This document shows, in pieces, positions 23,071-36,887 of a stretch of DNA of 64,000 bases. Location of the stretch: the NCBI GenBank assembly GCA_030704615.1, contig CM060731.1, positions 47,740,001 through 47,804,000 on the forward strand, read 5' to 3'. This DNA comes from Takakia lepidozioides. Lineage: Eukaryota > Plantae > Bryophyta. The number at the start of each line of letters is the position of its first letter. Positions within the stretch are counted from its first letter, which is position 1. The translations under genes and the position numbers were made by a program. Under the pieces are notes generated by a model. It did no database searches and was not told where the DNA came from. It was given only the letters and a program-made list of their open reading frames with translations.

Positions 23071-24410
23071 CACAGGGATGAATGAGGGGGCAGAGAGCTC
23101 AGAGAACATACTACCAAAAGAAAAACCCTCTTTATACACGCGGCCAACGTTTCCCAACATCAAACATTTGAAGTTTTGGTTTCTGTTCGTTCTTTTGGCT
23201 CTGGGAGTCTTGATCCAAAACCCCAATGTTCACGAGTCAAAGAACCTTCTTCCCAAGTTCTTTGAACGCACGGTAGGAATGGATAGTCATCGCGGATCAC
23301 AACTCTGCCACCCACAAAGTGCTGAAGGTCATCAGTTCCGCCACGGTGTGGCTGCGTGACGAGAGTCCTAGCATGTCAGTCTGAGGTAATTATACCAACT
23401 CGTCCTGCGTGTGTGTCACACCTTCTGTGGTAACTATGCCTGAAACTGTGCCAGAACACAGGCTTCGCTCATGCACCAACCTATTAGATCAATGGCTTTC
23501 AGTACTGTTTCCAAAACTTTCAACATCCATCCCTATATGTACACACATAGATTTCAAAAACATTTTCAATGTTCAGAAATGTGGACTATTGTCCAAGCAA
23601 GCGATATGGTGTCACTTGACCCCTAAGGGCTACCCCGTGTGCCTTCAGATGGGAAGGTGATATTTCTAAAGTTTGAACTTCCCCGCTGGATTCTCTTTTG
23701 GAAATGGAGAATAATTTTTTGCTAAATCGTCTCTGTAAAGCGCACCTCCTGCATGCAGGAAGAACCGAGAGTGGGAGCATGGATCAACAAGTCTACTGTC
23801 AAAAATTTCTGGGCAACGTAATCCCATGCTTTGAACAGTATAATTGTACAGAGACCAACCAATAAGATTCGAATGATGAGAGAATGGAGCTAGACACCTG
23901 ATTATCTAGCTCAGCTCAAAGGTAATGATCTGATTTTTGAGTCCCCAACCTTCGTGGGGGTACTCTCAATGATCCAAATTTTGCCTTTCAAGTGTCTGTG
24001 TTTCAAGCTCTGATCTAGTGTTTGAAAGCGAATAGATATAAGGGAGATATACTGTGGTTTGTCTCAGAGTCCATGTCCATTCAGGACTATGTTGGTACGG
24101 AGGACCTCCAAGCTCAGTTATATTGGTTGGTCCCATGAATTAGTCAGCCTATTTGTGGGTGCAGAGCTTCTCAGGACACTCTGTTTTTCCTGTAATATTA
24201 GACCTGCCTTGTGGAAGATGTACAGTGAATTTCACCACCCAACTGTGGACCTAAACATATGTGTGAGCAATATTGCAGGTTTGTGGCTCCTTATCACCTT
24301 CCCAATTCGTGGTTGGATGAGGGTTGGATTTGTACAGAGAGTGACCAGGTGAGAGTCATCTGGGAGTTGTCAATGTAATCCACCCTGCAATATTTAGTAA
24401 TGAAATGAAC

Positions 24411-27400
24411 TCAGGAATGAACTTGAACCCAAACAGCAGGGCCGGGAATTCCCTGGTTGACAGCAAAGAGCATGTAATACCCCGGGGGTGCTAAAGTTGC
24501 ATTCGCTGGGCCAGTAGCAGACACTTGATATGTATATTTATCGCCGGGCACTGCTACAGGGCCCGAGGCTTTCAGATTCAAAAGACGTTGGCCTTCGGCG
24601 TAGGAATGGGTCACAAATGGGGCGCTACAAAGGTTTAGTTCAATCACCCCTGTCAGGGTCAATGGGACGGTAATGTTTATACTGAAAGCTAAGGTGTAGG
24701 TGATGGCGGTGGGAGCTTCTGTGATGTTGGGCCTCAACAAATCCTGGGCTGAGGCGAGGTAGGAAGGTGAGAAGGCCTCCACCCGCAATTCGGTTGGATA
24801 GGTTCCAGTGAAAGTGTAGAACTGGTGGGGATTGCTTCCTGCCAACAAAATTCTCCCATCCTGCAGAAATTACCACCACGAGAATTGCGTGAAATTACTC
24901 AGAGTCCCTATAGGACAGTTTCGAACAGTTGAGATCACCAACTTCGAGATAACGGAATTATGTAAGTCTACCTGGAAACGGAGGGGAATGAGCTGCCAGT
25001 CATAGCTAGAACTCTCAGATTCCATTTGCTTGCAGTTTTCTGAAGTCTTTAGAAGAATGAACATTAGAACCTGATTTAGCTTGTCAGCTGGGAGCATAGA
25101 TTGGACACAGTTTTCTTCCAAGTGTACTAGTAGATAGTTCTATTGAACTGCGGGACTCCATGTCACAAGAGATCATATATATATATATGTGGCCCGGTAT
25201 GCAACACCTGTGAAAGGTCAATTTGCAACAATCGTGCATTCATGATATATCTACAGCTCGGACTTCTTTTATGAAGAACACAGTCTTCCTTTTACTGTAG
25301 TCTTTCTTCATGTATCCGTGTCAAATGAGTCTTAGAGTTGAGAAGAACTCACCGGTAGGAGATTTGCTGTGGAGTGATACAGTCGGGCAATAGTCGTGGG
25401 TGCCTGGAGTGAAAATCTTAACCCTGAGACACCATAGGTCGAATACAGCACCGGGTTCAGCGCAGCGTTCTCAGCATTGCCCCATCCCTGTGAACCTACA
25501 AGCTCGACCTGTAGCCACGTTTATATAGATTCTCTAGTCTTTGTAAAGAAAGAAATCTTGAGACTTGAACAAGAGAACTTAGAAGCTTAGCTTGAACTGA
25601 GAGAGAGAGAAATGAAATGGTACTTTATAGCGTCCGGGGAAAGCTCAAAGAGGTAATGGGACAAAATGGGGAAAAAACACATGAGAGATCGAGGAAACAA
25701 AACCAGAGCCAAAAAACAGCCCAAAAGCAACTACTACTAGAGGGGTCTGCTCCTCATAGTGGAAGAGTTCAGTGAGAGATTGAGTTCTGCAGAATAGACA
25801 GTGGAATCTCCCACGGATCTCGTAATGTAGAGGGCAACAAATGAAGAAGTGTTTAGAACTTCAGTTTCAATTTCCTGGTTGCGCCCGGTGCAAGCTGGGC
25901 ATAGGCGGTCCTCCCGTTGCAGGTTTTCCCATCTGCCACAGAGAGAGAGAAAGAGAGAGAAAGAGAGAGAGAAAGAGAAATAAGAATTGATTGAAATTTG
26001 ATGCAGGACTTATAACCTCCGCGGAAAGGTCTTGGACAGGAGAAAGCATGAAACAAGGAAGAGAGTGCCAGGGCTATCCACAAGTAGCCCAAAAAACAAC
26101 TAGACTCAATGCCTCTAAGCTCAGAATTATCAGGCTCTAAAGGATGCCCAGGGCTGTGCTCTTCCCGGACCCTAGACTAGATAACTCGAAGGCGGAGCAT
26201 TTCTGATCCTCGTAATTGGCTATCTCGAATAGAAAATATCATCTCCACCACGGATCTCATAGTACTTCTAGAATGGACCTGTACTAGTGCCTACTTGAAA
26301 GAAGAAATGTTCAAAGAAACATTCGAATTTATTTATTAGTCTCAGATCGAATTACCTTGTTGAGCCCCGTTGATGATGAGCACATCGCGGGAGGGAAGAA
26401 GTATCAGGTCACCCATGCACCGAGGGATTGGCATTGACTCCATTGCCCAAGCTGGAGCAGCATCAGTCAATTTTATCCGGCCACATGTCGATGAACAGGA
26501 CAGCTGAGCCCCTGGATTTTGGAATGCACCCAGCTGAGCCCCTCCACATACCAGTACCTCAACCACTGAGTACTCATTCCACGAAAGCAGCGGCAGCATT
26601 ACGGACGACCCAGCCGATGGATAGTTGCGGGGCTCGCCTGGAATGGTGGGAAGAGTTTTCACCACGGTATTTGCATTATAGTCGTATATGATCGAGTCCC
26701 TGTTTGCAAAGATGAAGAGAGTGCCATCGGGGAGGAGATGGACATAAGGATATAAGTTATCCTGCTCTGAGTCAGTGGTCGAATTCAGCAGGGGAAGGTA
26801 TACTGGCAACTGTCCATTGGGAGGAAGGAACTCTAATGTGAAAGCGCTACGCCCACCAAGGATGATCTGGCGCCCATCTGGGAGCAGCTGGTTAGTTGCA
26901 TACCACCGCCCTGCTTGCAACGTCTCATTCGTCTCCAACCAATCACATGTCCCAGAAGGGTCACAGGGCACAAAGGTCCTGCATTGAAAACAGATCATTT
27001 CGTCAGATTCTTACCATGTAATTTTGTCGGTGGGGCTTTCTGCGGACATGAAAGCTTTACGAAGAAATCCCAGTGAGCTTTACAAAAGTTTTATGTCCAC
27101 GAACTTGGAACCTGGAATCTGGAATCTGCGGCCCTATTGGGCGTCCGCAAGCGTTTTCTGGGCATTCTTGCACAGGTTCTTTAGTAGTGCAATTAGAACA
27201 AAATCTTGAACTTGCTCCTCGGGATCAGGATAGTACGTTTGAAAGCGGGTCCAATCGAAAGGAAAGATGGCCCTGGTTCTTGAAGAGATTCCGTGTTGGT
27301 GTTCAAGAGTCATTTGAAGTAATTGAACACCTGAATACTGTCTAGAGGACGCATCTCACTGGTAAAAGACTCCTTACAAGTTAAAATTCATCCATGCGAT

Positions 27401-28779
27401 TCCGTAGGATGGAAATCCAGTACCTGATTTTCATGAGACCATCAAAGTCGCCTCCTGTCTGGACGAGCGTCCCATCCGCCTGAAACTGACCGGAGGAGCA
27501 CCAGGTGTCAGTGTGAATTGTAAGTGGTCGAACAGTATTTTGTGCTGGATCAAAAATGACCGAGTGCGCAGTACAATCGTGTTTGAGAGTCAAGTCTTGG
27601 GGATCGTCTCTGCAATTGCCGTCTGCCATGAACAACTCCTTTAGCACTTGATCTATCATTCTCATCTACACCTGTAGATCGTGATTCAACTGGAAGCTTC
27701 AGGAAGAGTTGAGGTCTAATTTGGAGAAGATTTCTTTCCTTCAATTGAAAACCTGCAACGGGAGGACCGCCTATGTCCAGCTTGCATAGGGCGCAGCAAG
27801 GAAATTGAAACTGAAGAACACTTCTTCTTCTACTGCCCTCTATACTACGAGATCCGTGGGAGATTTCACTGTTTATTCAGTTTTATTCAGTGGAACCCAA
27901 ACTCTCACTGATGTCTTTCACTATGAGGATCAAAAATGCGTGGCAGCCTACCTACACGAGGCCTTCACCCTTAGACAATCGCTAGAACATTAATTGTGGT
28001 TTCTGGATTTGTTCCTCTCTCATGTTTTCTTCCATTTTGTCCCATAAGCTCTACGAGCTTTCCGCGGACGTTATAAAGCACCATTTCATTTCATTTCAAT
28101 TTATTACGATTAATGAGAATCTCAGTTTTGAACAGCAGAACCTCTCCTCGAATGTTAGCATCTTGCTACGTATCCCAGCAGCAGATCTGAAGTTCATGTC
28201 TTTAAGTTATCGGACGTCACTGATTCAATTTAACTTGAACCCAATTGAACTTCCATTTGTGACAAACCTTCAGAAGTAAGGTACTGGTAAACTGTACTAG
28301 AGATTACGTTTGAATACCAGGCGAAATCGACTCTCTAGAACACAACCACACGTCCCCAAAATCTAACCTTGAGAAACACCTGGAGCCTAGGTTCCATGAC
28401 CAAGGTTGGACAAGTTACAATCAGTATACATGATGACTGCAACATTTTGCGTCCACAAGCATGGAATTTCAAGGAAAGAATTCGCATTCGATGAGGAAGA
28501 CGAGAAATGGTTTGGCAGGAGTAGATGATCGACCAGAACTGTACCTGGCAAAGAAATTTGGGAAGGCCCAATGTCAGTCCTGTCTAGAAAGACGATTGTC
28601 CCAAAGTGGGTGACGGCAGCGTGCATTGATGCGATTCCTGCATTCTCCAAAAGAACTTCCCAGCTACCCGGTAGATCTTGTCCATAAATTTCTCCCCCTA
28701 GCCGTGAGGCTACAAAAAGAACGAGCACTGCCATCGATAGCGACCGAGGCATTGAAACCCTCCTGATTGGAGTTTTCAT
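24411..28779 (-). CDS. GLOX: Glyoxal oxidase / galactose oxidase-like copper radical oxidase, secreted; 5 exons (28779-28545, 27622-27424, 26978-26356, 25495-25353, 24860-24411)
   Basis: Hydrophobic N-terminus; GIASMH, TWCSSG, RWYATN, NLYP, RNYPSAGS, RLYHS, GSNPH, FVTHS, PPGYYMLF motifs. All introns GT-AG and in frame. Start could be 28779, 28752 or 28734. Confidence 0.93.
27740..27993 (+). mobile_element. 3' fragment of a non-LTR retrotransposon (LINE ORF2 C-terminal zinc knuckle) in GLOX intron 1
   Basis: Manual translation QREDRLCPACIGRSKEIETEEHFFFYCPLYYEIR matches the CxxC...E..H...C..Y..IR tail of LINE ORF2 proteins. Confidence 0.65.
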
Positions 28780-31700
28780 CCCTGATTGAGAAATAGCGAT
28801 CATAAAAAAAAGCCAGGGCCTTTTTTTTTGGGGCAATTGCTAACATCTGTGCACTTCTGTGTTCATTGGCCTGTTTTAATGGCCACATCCCGGATGCCAG
28901 AGTAGATGATCTAGGATAGAATGCTGTAACAAGTGCACAAGAAAAGAGCAGCTTGTAGTATGTAACCTTCTGGAAGCAAATCAAAGTTGACCGATGTACT
29001 ACGAGATCTCACATTTACAGCTTGCACTAGACAGAGCAGGAGGCTCGGCAGGACAGAGGGACAACTGATCCTTAAATGGCACGACCCACATGTAATATCA
29101 ATGAGTATGTAGACAGAGAAGAGGATGGATCAATTGAAGGGCATGATCTAGTATAAGTCACATCCATTGCAGGCGCAGCTGGGATTTCCAGAGAGCTGCA
29201 TCTGATGCTATGTATCACTAGATCACGGCTTCGCGTTTACCCAGTAATATATTCAAAAAACGTGTTGCTGTCGGATGGGAGAAACATACAGCTCTGCCGA
29301 GTGCGAGCAAGTGTGTTATGTGTGTGTGAACACTGAAGACCTCGGAAACCCAAAACTTTCAGCTTACGCGATAAGTAGCCCCGGACACATGTACAGTGTG
29401 TGATACAGTAGGGGGGTTTATCTACATAGACAGCAGTGGCGATCTGAAGAGCACCGATAGTGAAATGGATGCTGGTCAGTGTAACAAGTCTCCTTGGATA
29501 GAAAGAACTATGGACATCAGACGTCAAATGAGACCCTTCGTAATCCAAATTTTCAAGATCTCAAACGAAAGGTCTGACAACTGGTAGAATATTTCTACTG
29601 GGAAATCCATATGGACGTGCATCGACCACGGTGTATCGAGAGAGAGAGAGAGAGAGTGAAGAGCACAATGGTGGGGGTGCAGGCTGTGGGCCCCGCGCAG
29701 AAACCGCCATGCGCTGTGCGGTGCCCAACAGCGCACCCGACCGTTGCTGGCGGCGGTCATTGCCGACCACCTTCGACTTCGCCGTCTCTTTTTGCTACTG
29801 TGCTAATACAATGTAGACCTGTCTTCTCTTTTTCGCAACAAATTGCAGAATTCACATCGACAGTTGTTCTGAACAGGAACGAGCTCACTGTTCCTGTTTC
29901 TAGATCTCATAAGCTGCCATTGTTCCTGCAAGGGTTCCAGCTTTGAGGGGGCCTTGAAGATGTCGACAACGTAGGATTCATCCGAGCTCGCAACCCCATT
30001 CAAAAACTAGCTGGTACCATCTTCAACCCAGTTTATATCATCTTCCCCAAACAATTGTAGCACGGGAGATTCACCATATCATACATTTGCCATCGTCCCC
30101 ACAACAGAATTTAGTGGATGCGTATATATAATTTCATCACTTGTTGATTCAATCCCAATATGTATTGTTATGCTACGCAATGGAACGCAAGTGAGGGCAC
30201 TTTCCTGCAGGCCCTTGAGCAGTCCTTCCCAATACACTGAATTTGCTTTGGCAGTTCTTCATGGGACCCACACTCCACACTCTCACACGCCCCATAAAAA
30301 ATGCGAAAAGAGGCCATTACTTTGTCGCAACCTCAATTCCATCTGTTCTCTTACCTACACCACCGACTCTCTACATCCAAGATGGGGAAATATGTGGGCC
30401 GTAGAAGTGTTCCCGGATGTGGACTGTTGGCGCCAGAGGAAATGGTCCAGCGTGCCCAGTTGGAAAGGAGGAAAAAAAGTTTGCCGAGAGATGAAGAAGG
30501 AAGCCATGTCCAAGGGGCCCACACGAGCTTTGTGGTGTGGGACAGAGCGAGCCTGCCCAGGGGACAATAATAGAGGGACCACAGCTTCCAAATTCTACAA
30601 CATCGTGGACTTCTGTCTTGGACTCTTTCTTGTCGCAGTTCAATGCATGAAGGATGCGTACACTGCTCAGAATCTAAGTGAGTCACATTGAAGGATGAGC
30701 AGTTCATTAATATCCACCACGGAGACGTGTTTTTCGGCTCTGGTTGTGCCGGAGTTGGGCTCTTCACCCGCATGTCACAAACTGATCACTATACATGTAC
30801 AGTCTGTCTTGGAAACTCTCATGCCCTGGAAACATCTCTCTCTCTCTGCGGAAAAAAAGAATTGCCTTTGATGATTGGTGGCCCCCCAATATCCAAGTAG
30901 ACTATTGCATGTGAGGATAATACTCCTTTATATCCGGTCTAGATGCCTAGACTTGAGCTAATCCCCCGCTAAGCCCAGCGTGACAGAAGTCAAGAGAAGT
31001 TTGTCGGAAAGGAAGATTATCAGGCCACGTGATGTAATCAAGTCAAGTCAAGGAACTGGTCGCAACTGGTCATGGCTTTGCTGAACTGTGCTGTCAACTC
31101 CTACTGCGGTGAAAGTTTTGACCACATCAGCTAAGCTACAGTGGCTCACAGCTGCATCTCGCCTGGACCTTTCCCCTCAAAGTAATTGTACTCACTAAAT
31201 TCCACATAGATGAGAGTACTTTCTGTCACTAGTGACGTAGTACTTCGACCTACTGTGTACAGTTTAACTGGGTTTCCAGGTTGCCAACTTGTCCTTCGGT
31301 CCCGTGTCCAATTCTAGTAGCCTAGCTACGGTGTCTATCGTCTTCTTGCATATGGGAAATAGTGCCGCAACTATGCTGAAGGCCCCACACAGCTAAGGAT
31401 CATAGTCAGCGGAAAAATGCCATGTCCCTGGGACCCAGTAGGCCTACCATCATCCATGCCCGCCAAACCTACATGAAGGGCTGACGGTGTGTTAAGGATG
31501 GCATCTTCTATCTTGTGAAAGTGTGGTGTTTCTACAATCACATCGAAACAATCAAAGAAATTGTTATGTGTGGGTACACACAAGCCAAGCTCAATATGAG
31601 AATCAGCTTACATACTACGGGTGACATGAAGTCGTCTTCATTAATAATCACAATTGTATGCAATATTGTCATTCAATCATGGGACGTTTGGGACCGTAAC

Positions 31701-33436
31701 AGATAGTCGACCAGGTTTAGAATTAGGGGTCAAACTCCATATGCAGGCCCCCTTCATGAGGAAGTTCAACTTAGTCCAGGCTCGAGGGCTAAGGTCGGGT
31801 GCCATCACAAAGTTCTCAAAGTGTGATCGTTATACTTATGTACCCGCAATGTTGAAGTTCTATTAAAGTAAACTCAGTTATTAGTCGAAGAGCAGTTTAC
31901 GCGACATATACAGGGCATATAGATCTCGGGGGAAAGCACGCATACAATGCCATCAAGGTTGGGAGGAGCTAGCATGTCCACTAATCTCTAACTTGTTGTC
32001 AAGGCTATTTGCGCACATATCAAGTGTGTCCAGACTCCACATGTCTCCTGTTTATATTACATGTATACCCTCAAGTAAACTGTCGTTTTGCGTTTGAACG
32101 TCACGTTATCTCTCGTCCTTCGAAACCCTTTTCGTACTGTAAACCATGATATGGAAGAGAAGGTCGTGACTGGCCAGCCAGCTCTGGAAGAGTAGATCAG
32201 CTGCTCTCCCAACCCCGGCCCGCAGCAGCTCAACTTCTTTGTACCGGGGCATATTTTTTGTAGTTTTCCTAAGTTGACCTGTCTGAAGGTGGAGTTGGAC
32301 CCACCTGGTTTAGAACTTCGATGCAAAACATTGGAGCACATTTTTGGGCTCTTGGCATATTTCTCTAGAAAGCCACGAACATTAAAATAATATAGCAAAT
32401 ATTAACTTACGAGCACGAGAACCGTATGTATCAACCCCGAGATCCTCTCTCACCTCGGGGCAGCTTTCCTAGCCCAAGATTAGCTCGGGAGTCAGATGCA
32501 CCTGTCGCAAGGGCACTACAACAGACAATTTGAGGACCGCTTGAACATACAACAAAATACACTTTCTTTATTGTCAGCTCTCCTTGTTGCAATTCCCAAT
32601 CATCGTCCTTTTGGCAGTTGTACGATAGCTTTTCGTCACCAAGGTTGAGTTGCTTCTCGAGTTCACTACCAATGCCTGTGGTAAAATACTAGAGTAGTGA
32701 ACTAGCTGTACGTATCAATGAAGATCTGTTACTCCACATTTGGCACATCCCAATTTCACAAATACAAAGAGAGCATGTGGTAAGACAGGCTCTACAAGGA
32801 TCGAGGTCTTGGCGCAGAATCTTGTGGGCCCAAACACCCTCGTGTCAACTTGGTGGGCGTGCTCAGCCTGCTTGGAGGACATGTCGCCACAAACCTTCTC
32901 TTTCACACAGACCTGGCAACGGATACATTCAGCAAGGTAAGCGCTTTCTGAAAAGAGAAGATGCCAATCAAGTCAGGACTTGAGTAGATTTAAATTGCCT
33001 CCATTGCAGCGTCCAGCAGATTCCTAGCAAGGGGCCGAACTTGCCTCGAACATCAGTAACTATTGCCAGCGTTGAATTGGCCAGGGGATGACAGCTGAAC
33101 TTACATGTGACAGATAAAGCATGGCTTCCTCTGTTGTGCTTCCTCTAACCTTCAAATGCAAAGTAGCTTGTGTCGCTTCAAGTAATGCGTTTTCCAACAC
33201 CTTCATTTTCTTCATGAAAATGGTCACGACAACTCGAGGTTATCTCATGATTTGGTTTTTCAAATAAGTACCATCTTGTTTCGGACAAACACCCAACTGA
33301 AAAGTTTTGGAAGTGCTTTGAACAAATTAGCAAAAACTGGCATATTCTTAGAGTCATGTGGGATGACAAAAACTTTTCTTATGTAGGCAGTATGGTTCTT
33401 GTGCTCTCATGAGACCTCTTAGAGATTAGATATGCA

Positions 33437-33610
33437 TCAATATATCAATATATGAATCGAGACGTTTGTTTGTTTTGTAGATTTGAGATGTCCACAACAA
33501 CGAGGCCCAAGCCCTGGTGATTGGTACCATTGGAAAGCCCTGGACAAGGAGGGGTGCACGGGCTTGGTCTCATGATTTTTGGATGTGCGGTGTGGGAGAT
33601 GTGGAATTTC
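33437..33610 (-). repeat. Solo copy of the ~170-bp module found in the 39.5-42.6 kb repeat cluster
   Basis: Reverse complement matches ~40368-40558 and ~42336-42490 (CCCACACCGC..TCCAAAAATCATGAGACCAAGCC.GTGCACCCCTCC...GGGCTTTCCAA). Confidence 0.75.
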
Positions 33611-34209
33611 AGCCAATTATTCGAGGATTTCTCAGAGCTAAGGAAAATATTTTCCTAGAGCTTTATGCCTTGAAACATGCATTTGGAGATTTGATATTTG
33701 GAGTTTGTTTGAGATTTTAGGCATTTTTTTATGAAGTTTCTGGAATTTCGGCAGTTTTTCCTAAATTTTCACTTAATTATTAGGCAGATTCATTTCTAAT
33801 TATTTAGTGCCGGATCAGCCTTCCCACTACGGTATTTGCGGGGTTTCTTTTTCTTTTCTTTTTTTTCTTTTAAGAACAGGGACAGTGGCCCTGGATTAAT
33901 TTAACTGTTTAATCATTACTAAACTAAGATTGTTAGAGCGTTATGTGGATCTTTTCTATTGTACTTAAAGGTGTTGAAGTTTCTGATCAGAATTACCAAG
34001 AAAGATGGTGCAAAGTGTAAACATTTACTCACATTTGTTCTCTTGTTTTCTATAGCCATAACGTTCTAGGTCTAAATGAGAGACGCTCAAATTAGTCTCT
34101 GTGTTAATCAGTGTAATACGGTGAGGGTTAGTAGTTAGTAGCAGGTCGTTGTAGGCGTGGGGTTTGTCTAGTTTGGACTCATCACCATGGATTGGTACTC
34201 CCCAGTGAA

Positions 34210-34770
34210 TTCCATTCTGTTACATGTTTCAACTATTGGCAAGTCTTGTGGAAAATGGGGCTGGTGGCTGAACAAACTTAGACCATATGTTGTGATCAAT
34301 TTCCAGTTTGACAATCCACTACTTCCACTACACCCTATTTGTCCATTGACACCAGGTGATGTTGATGAGGTAAACGTCCAATCTACCATGAAGCTTTGTT
34401 GATTTCTATGCCTGCACTAAGATTCAGACCTTTTGAATTGTGACCAATTTCCAGTCCTGAGTTTGCAACTATCCGCAAGCCATGGGGAAGATGAGGCTGG
34501 TGGCTGAACCAACTCAGAGCATAATTCAGGGTTGATTATTGCCTTCCTTTTCTTGTCACCTGCGAGATGCCGAGTTAATTATAATTTTAATGCAGGCACC
34601 ACAGTACTAGGTTGATGAGGAAAACCTGCAATGTATTATGAAGCTTTGTTGCTTTGTATACCTGCATTAGGATTCAGATCCTTGAACATAGTTGATTGCC
34701 AGTCCTGAGTTGCAACTGTCCCCAAGTACTGTGAAGATGAGGTTGGTGAATAAACTGACAACCAGATCAG
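34210..34770. repeat. Degenerate tandem duplication, ~250-bp unit, ~2.3 copies
   Basis: ATGAAGCTTTGTTG at ~34388 and ~34638; CCAGTCCTGAG...GCAACT at ~34451 and ~34699; GGCTGGTGGCTGAAC repeated. Confidence 0.7.
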
Positions 34771-35215
34771 TGTTTTTCATCAGCTTTCTTTTCTTGATTA
34801 TGAGATGTAGGGTTAAATACAAATACATGTTAATGTTCCCTTCCCTGCTCCATTTCAACCAGACACTGAGTTTATAGGCGAACGAGAATTCAAATCAAAA
34901 TTATTTACCACCCTTCCAGATTTTCTCAATATTTAGTGCTCTACACGACCATTGAGTATCCATCCCTGAAATCCAATCAAATGAGCATCAGAGCTCTTGG
35001 CATGTTCTGGAGCCTCTTGAACTGAGTAAAGGATGTGCCATGTCTTTTAATCATGCTTTAAAGAGAGTACCCATTACAATGTATGAGAAACATTTTCTAT
35101 GGCCGCCGTCACATATGGAATTATTTTTTTGCAGCTTATTCTGCGTTCCAAAACAAGCTTGGCATCTAGCTTCAAACTGCTTATGCTAAGAAGTTATTGT
35201 GTGTTTGCTTTTCAG

Positions 35216-35811
35216 GGATCCTAAGAGTTTGCTGAATATGGAGAGGCTGGTGGAATCAAGAATCACCGCAGCCATGGAGCTAAGGAGGCATTTCGGTCTT
35301 CCATCAGACACTACAAATGTTTATCGTCTAGCTGTGAATAGTGAAGGCGATACGCATGTATGCACACTCTGCCTCACCTTGACCTCTCTCAGATGTGACT
35401 ACGTAACTGTCTTGAGAGAGACCGGCATCTCCTGGTTTCTTATTTGTCCCAAGTTGATACTCGTTGGGTCAGAATATACTTTTTGGAATTTTGTTTGGAT
35501 TGATGGAAGAGGATCTTGACCACAGATAACGTGTTGCTTTACCAATCTTATGAGAATAATTCAATGATCTCGTGTGATCTGGATACTGGGATACCAGATT
35601 GTCGGGGCTGATTGTGGATGTCTTGGGGAGTCATATTGTCGTGTTGTCATCAGCAGCGTGGACGGAGAAGCACAGGATTTTGATCGAGAAGGCCATCACA
35701 AAGATCACCAGTACTTCAAACATCACTTGGAGACCTGCACACGAGATTTTGAAAGAGGAGGGTCTGCAGGTTGAACTTGCTTGCGATCCACCATCCTTTG
35801 AAGAATCCAAG
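35216..35811 (+). pseudogene. Two internal exons of an RlmI/YccW-like SAM-dependent rRNA methyltransferase gene (fragment)
   Basis: TNVYRLAVNSEGD | LSGLIVDVLGSHIVVLSSAAW matches the family signature YRLVxSEGDxLxGLIVD. First donor non-canonical. No SAM-binding C-terminal exons seen downstream. Confidence 0.65.
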
Positions 35812-35818
35812 GTCAGAT

Positions 35819-36397
35819 TCACATGTCCAAGTCTATCCAGCAGGAATTGTCCACGTTGACTACGAGTCCCAAATATGTGAAGGTCTTCACTTCGCCTTCA
35901 AGTTTTGAAAGACGGGTATGTGTGGATTTGTCATTGAGATGTTTCGCCAAACCTTGAAGTTTGCTAGTGCACTCCTGAAAAGAGGCCCGCAAAACGCTAT
36001 CATGAACTCGCATATTTCTCTCCAATTCTGTGTATCTGTCTGTCATGCACTTCTGCCAATCTTTGTCCAAGGAATCCATGCGCTTTTCCAAATTTTTGTT
36101 AAGGGAAGCCATCCACATCTCCCAGTCTTTGTCTAGGGAAGCCAACCGCTCCTCCGAGTCATTGTCACGGGCATCGAGCACTTGCTGCAGAGTCTCCTCC
36201 GAGATGCATTTCGTTTGTAAGATGGAGATTTGGTCCCGAAGTGTTTGAACATCAGCACTCCTTGTGGAGTACTGATACAAAGGAGAGGCTTGATGAGAGA
36301 CAGGGGCAGGAAGAAGAAGCAGAGGGGAATCAGGTCGACGTGAGGGATACGGGTAGTCTACCTCGTCGGTAGCCGTCCTTTGGCGTTTGGACGTCAT
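35819..36397 (-). CDS. Hypothetical coiled-coil protein, 192 aa
   Basis: Single ATG-initiated ORF with 11-aa repeats RLASLDKDWEM / WMASLNKNLEK / RMDSLDKDWQK; upstream (GA)n tract. Confidence 0.4.
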   Translation of the reverse strand: MTSKRQRTATDEVDYPYPSRRPDSPLLLLPAPVSHQASPLYQYSTRSADVQTLRDQISILQTKCISEETLQQVLDARDNDSEERLASLDKDWEMWMASLNKNLEKRMDSLDKDWQKCMTDRYTELERNMRVHDSVLRASFQECTSKLQGLAKHLNDKSTHTRLSKLEGEVKTFTYLGLVVNVDNSCWIDLDM

Positions 36398-36887
36398 GGT
36401 GTGGTGGAGATGGCGCTAGCGCGCCAACGCCCGTGAGCGCAGCACCGACGCGCTGCCGCGCACGCGCGAGAGAGAAACGAGAGAGAGAGAGAGAGAGAGG
36501 GAATGAAATGAAATGGGCTGAGCTGGGAAATGGGCTGGAAAGAGCTGGCTTTTACATTCAAGCTAGCAATCAGAAAAAGTATATGAAGAAAGTTGAGCAT
36601 GAGCTCCTTTTACAATATAAAAGAGAGAGAAACCTTTGGTTAGTCACTGTCGAGAATTTGTAAATATACTCCATTCAGCGAAGACGTCGTTCGCACATAT
36701 TGACCTTCTTGGTTTTCTTTCCAAGCTGTCTAGTCTCTTCCATCTTGCAACACTTTTTTTGCCAACTGAGATTGTTGTTCTCTCTCTTACCTTCAATTTT
36801 GATCTTCTTTCCAACTGATGGGAAATCTTCAAAGATGTTTTGAGCCTGGCATGCAAGGAGGAACACTCTTCGTCGATAGTTACAAGA

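Noticed and set aside
23000-23075. Protein kinase subdomain XI-like LTMALSRHPWI
   Set aside because: No other kinase motifs nearby; the segment is part of a dispersed repeat also at ~63.6 kb.
29000-33400. Assorted short ORFs upstream of GLOX
   Set aside because: No recognisable domains or consistent exon chain; left unannotated.
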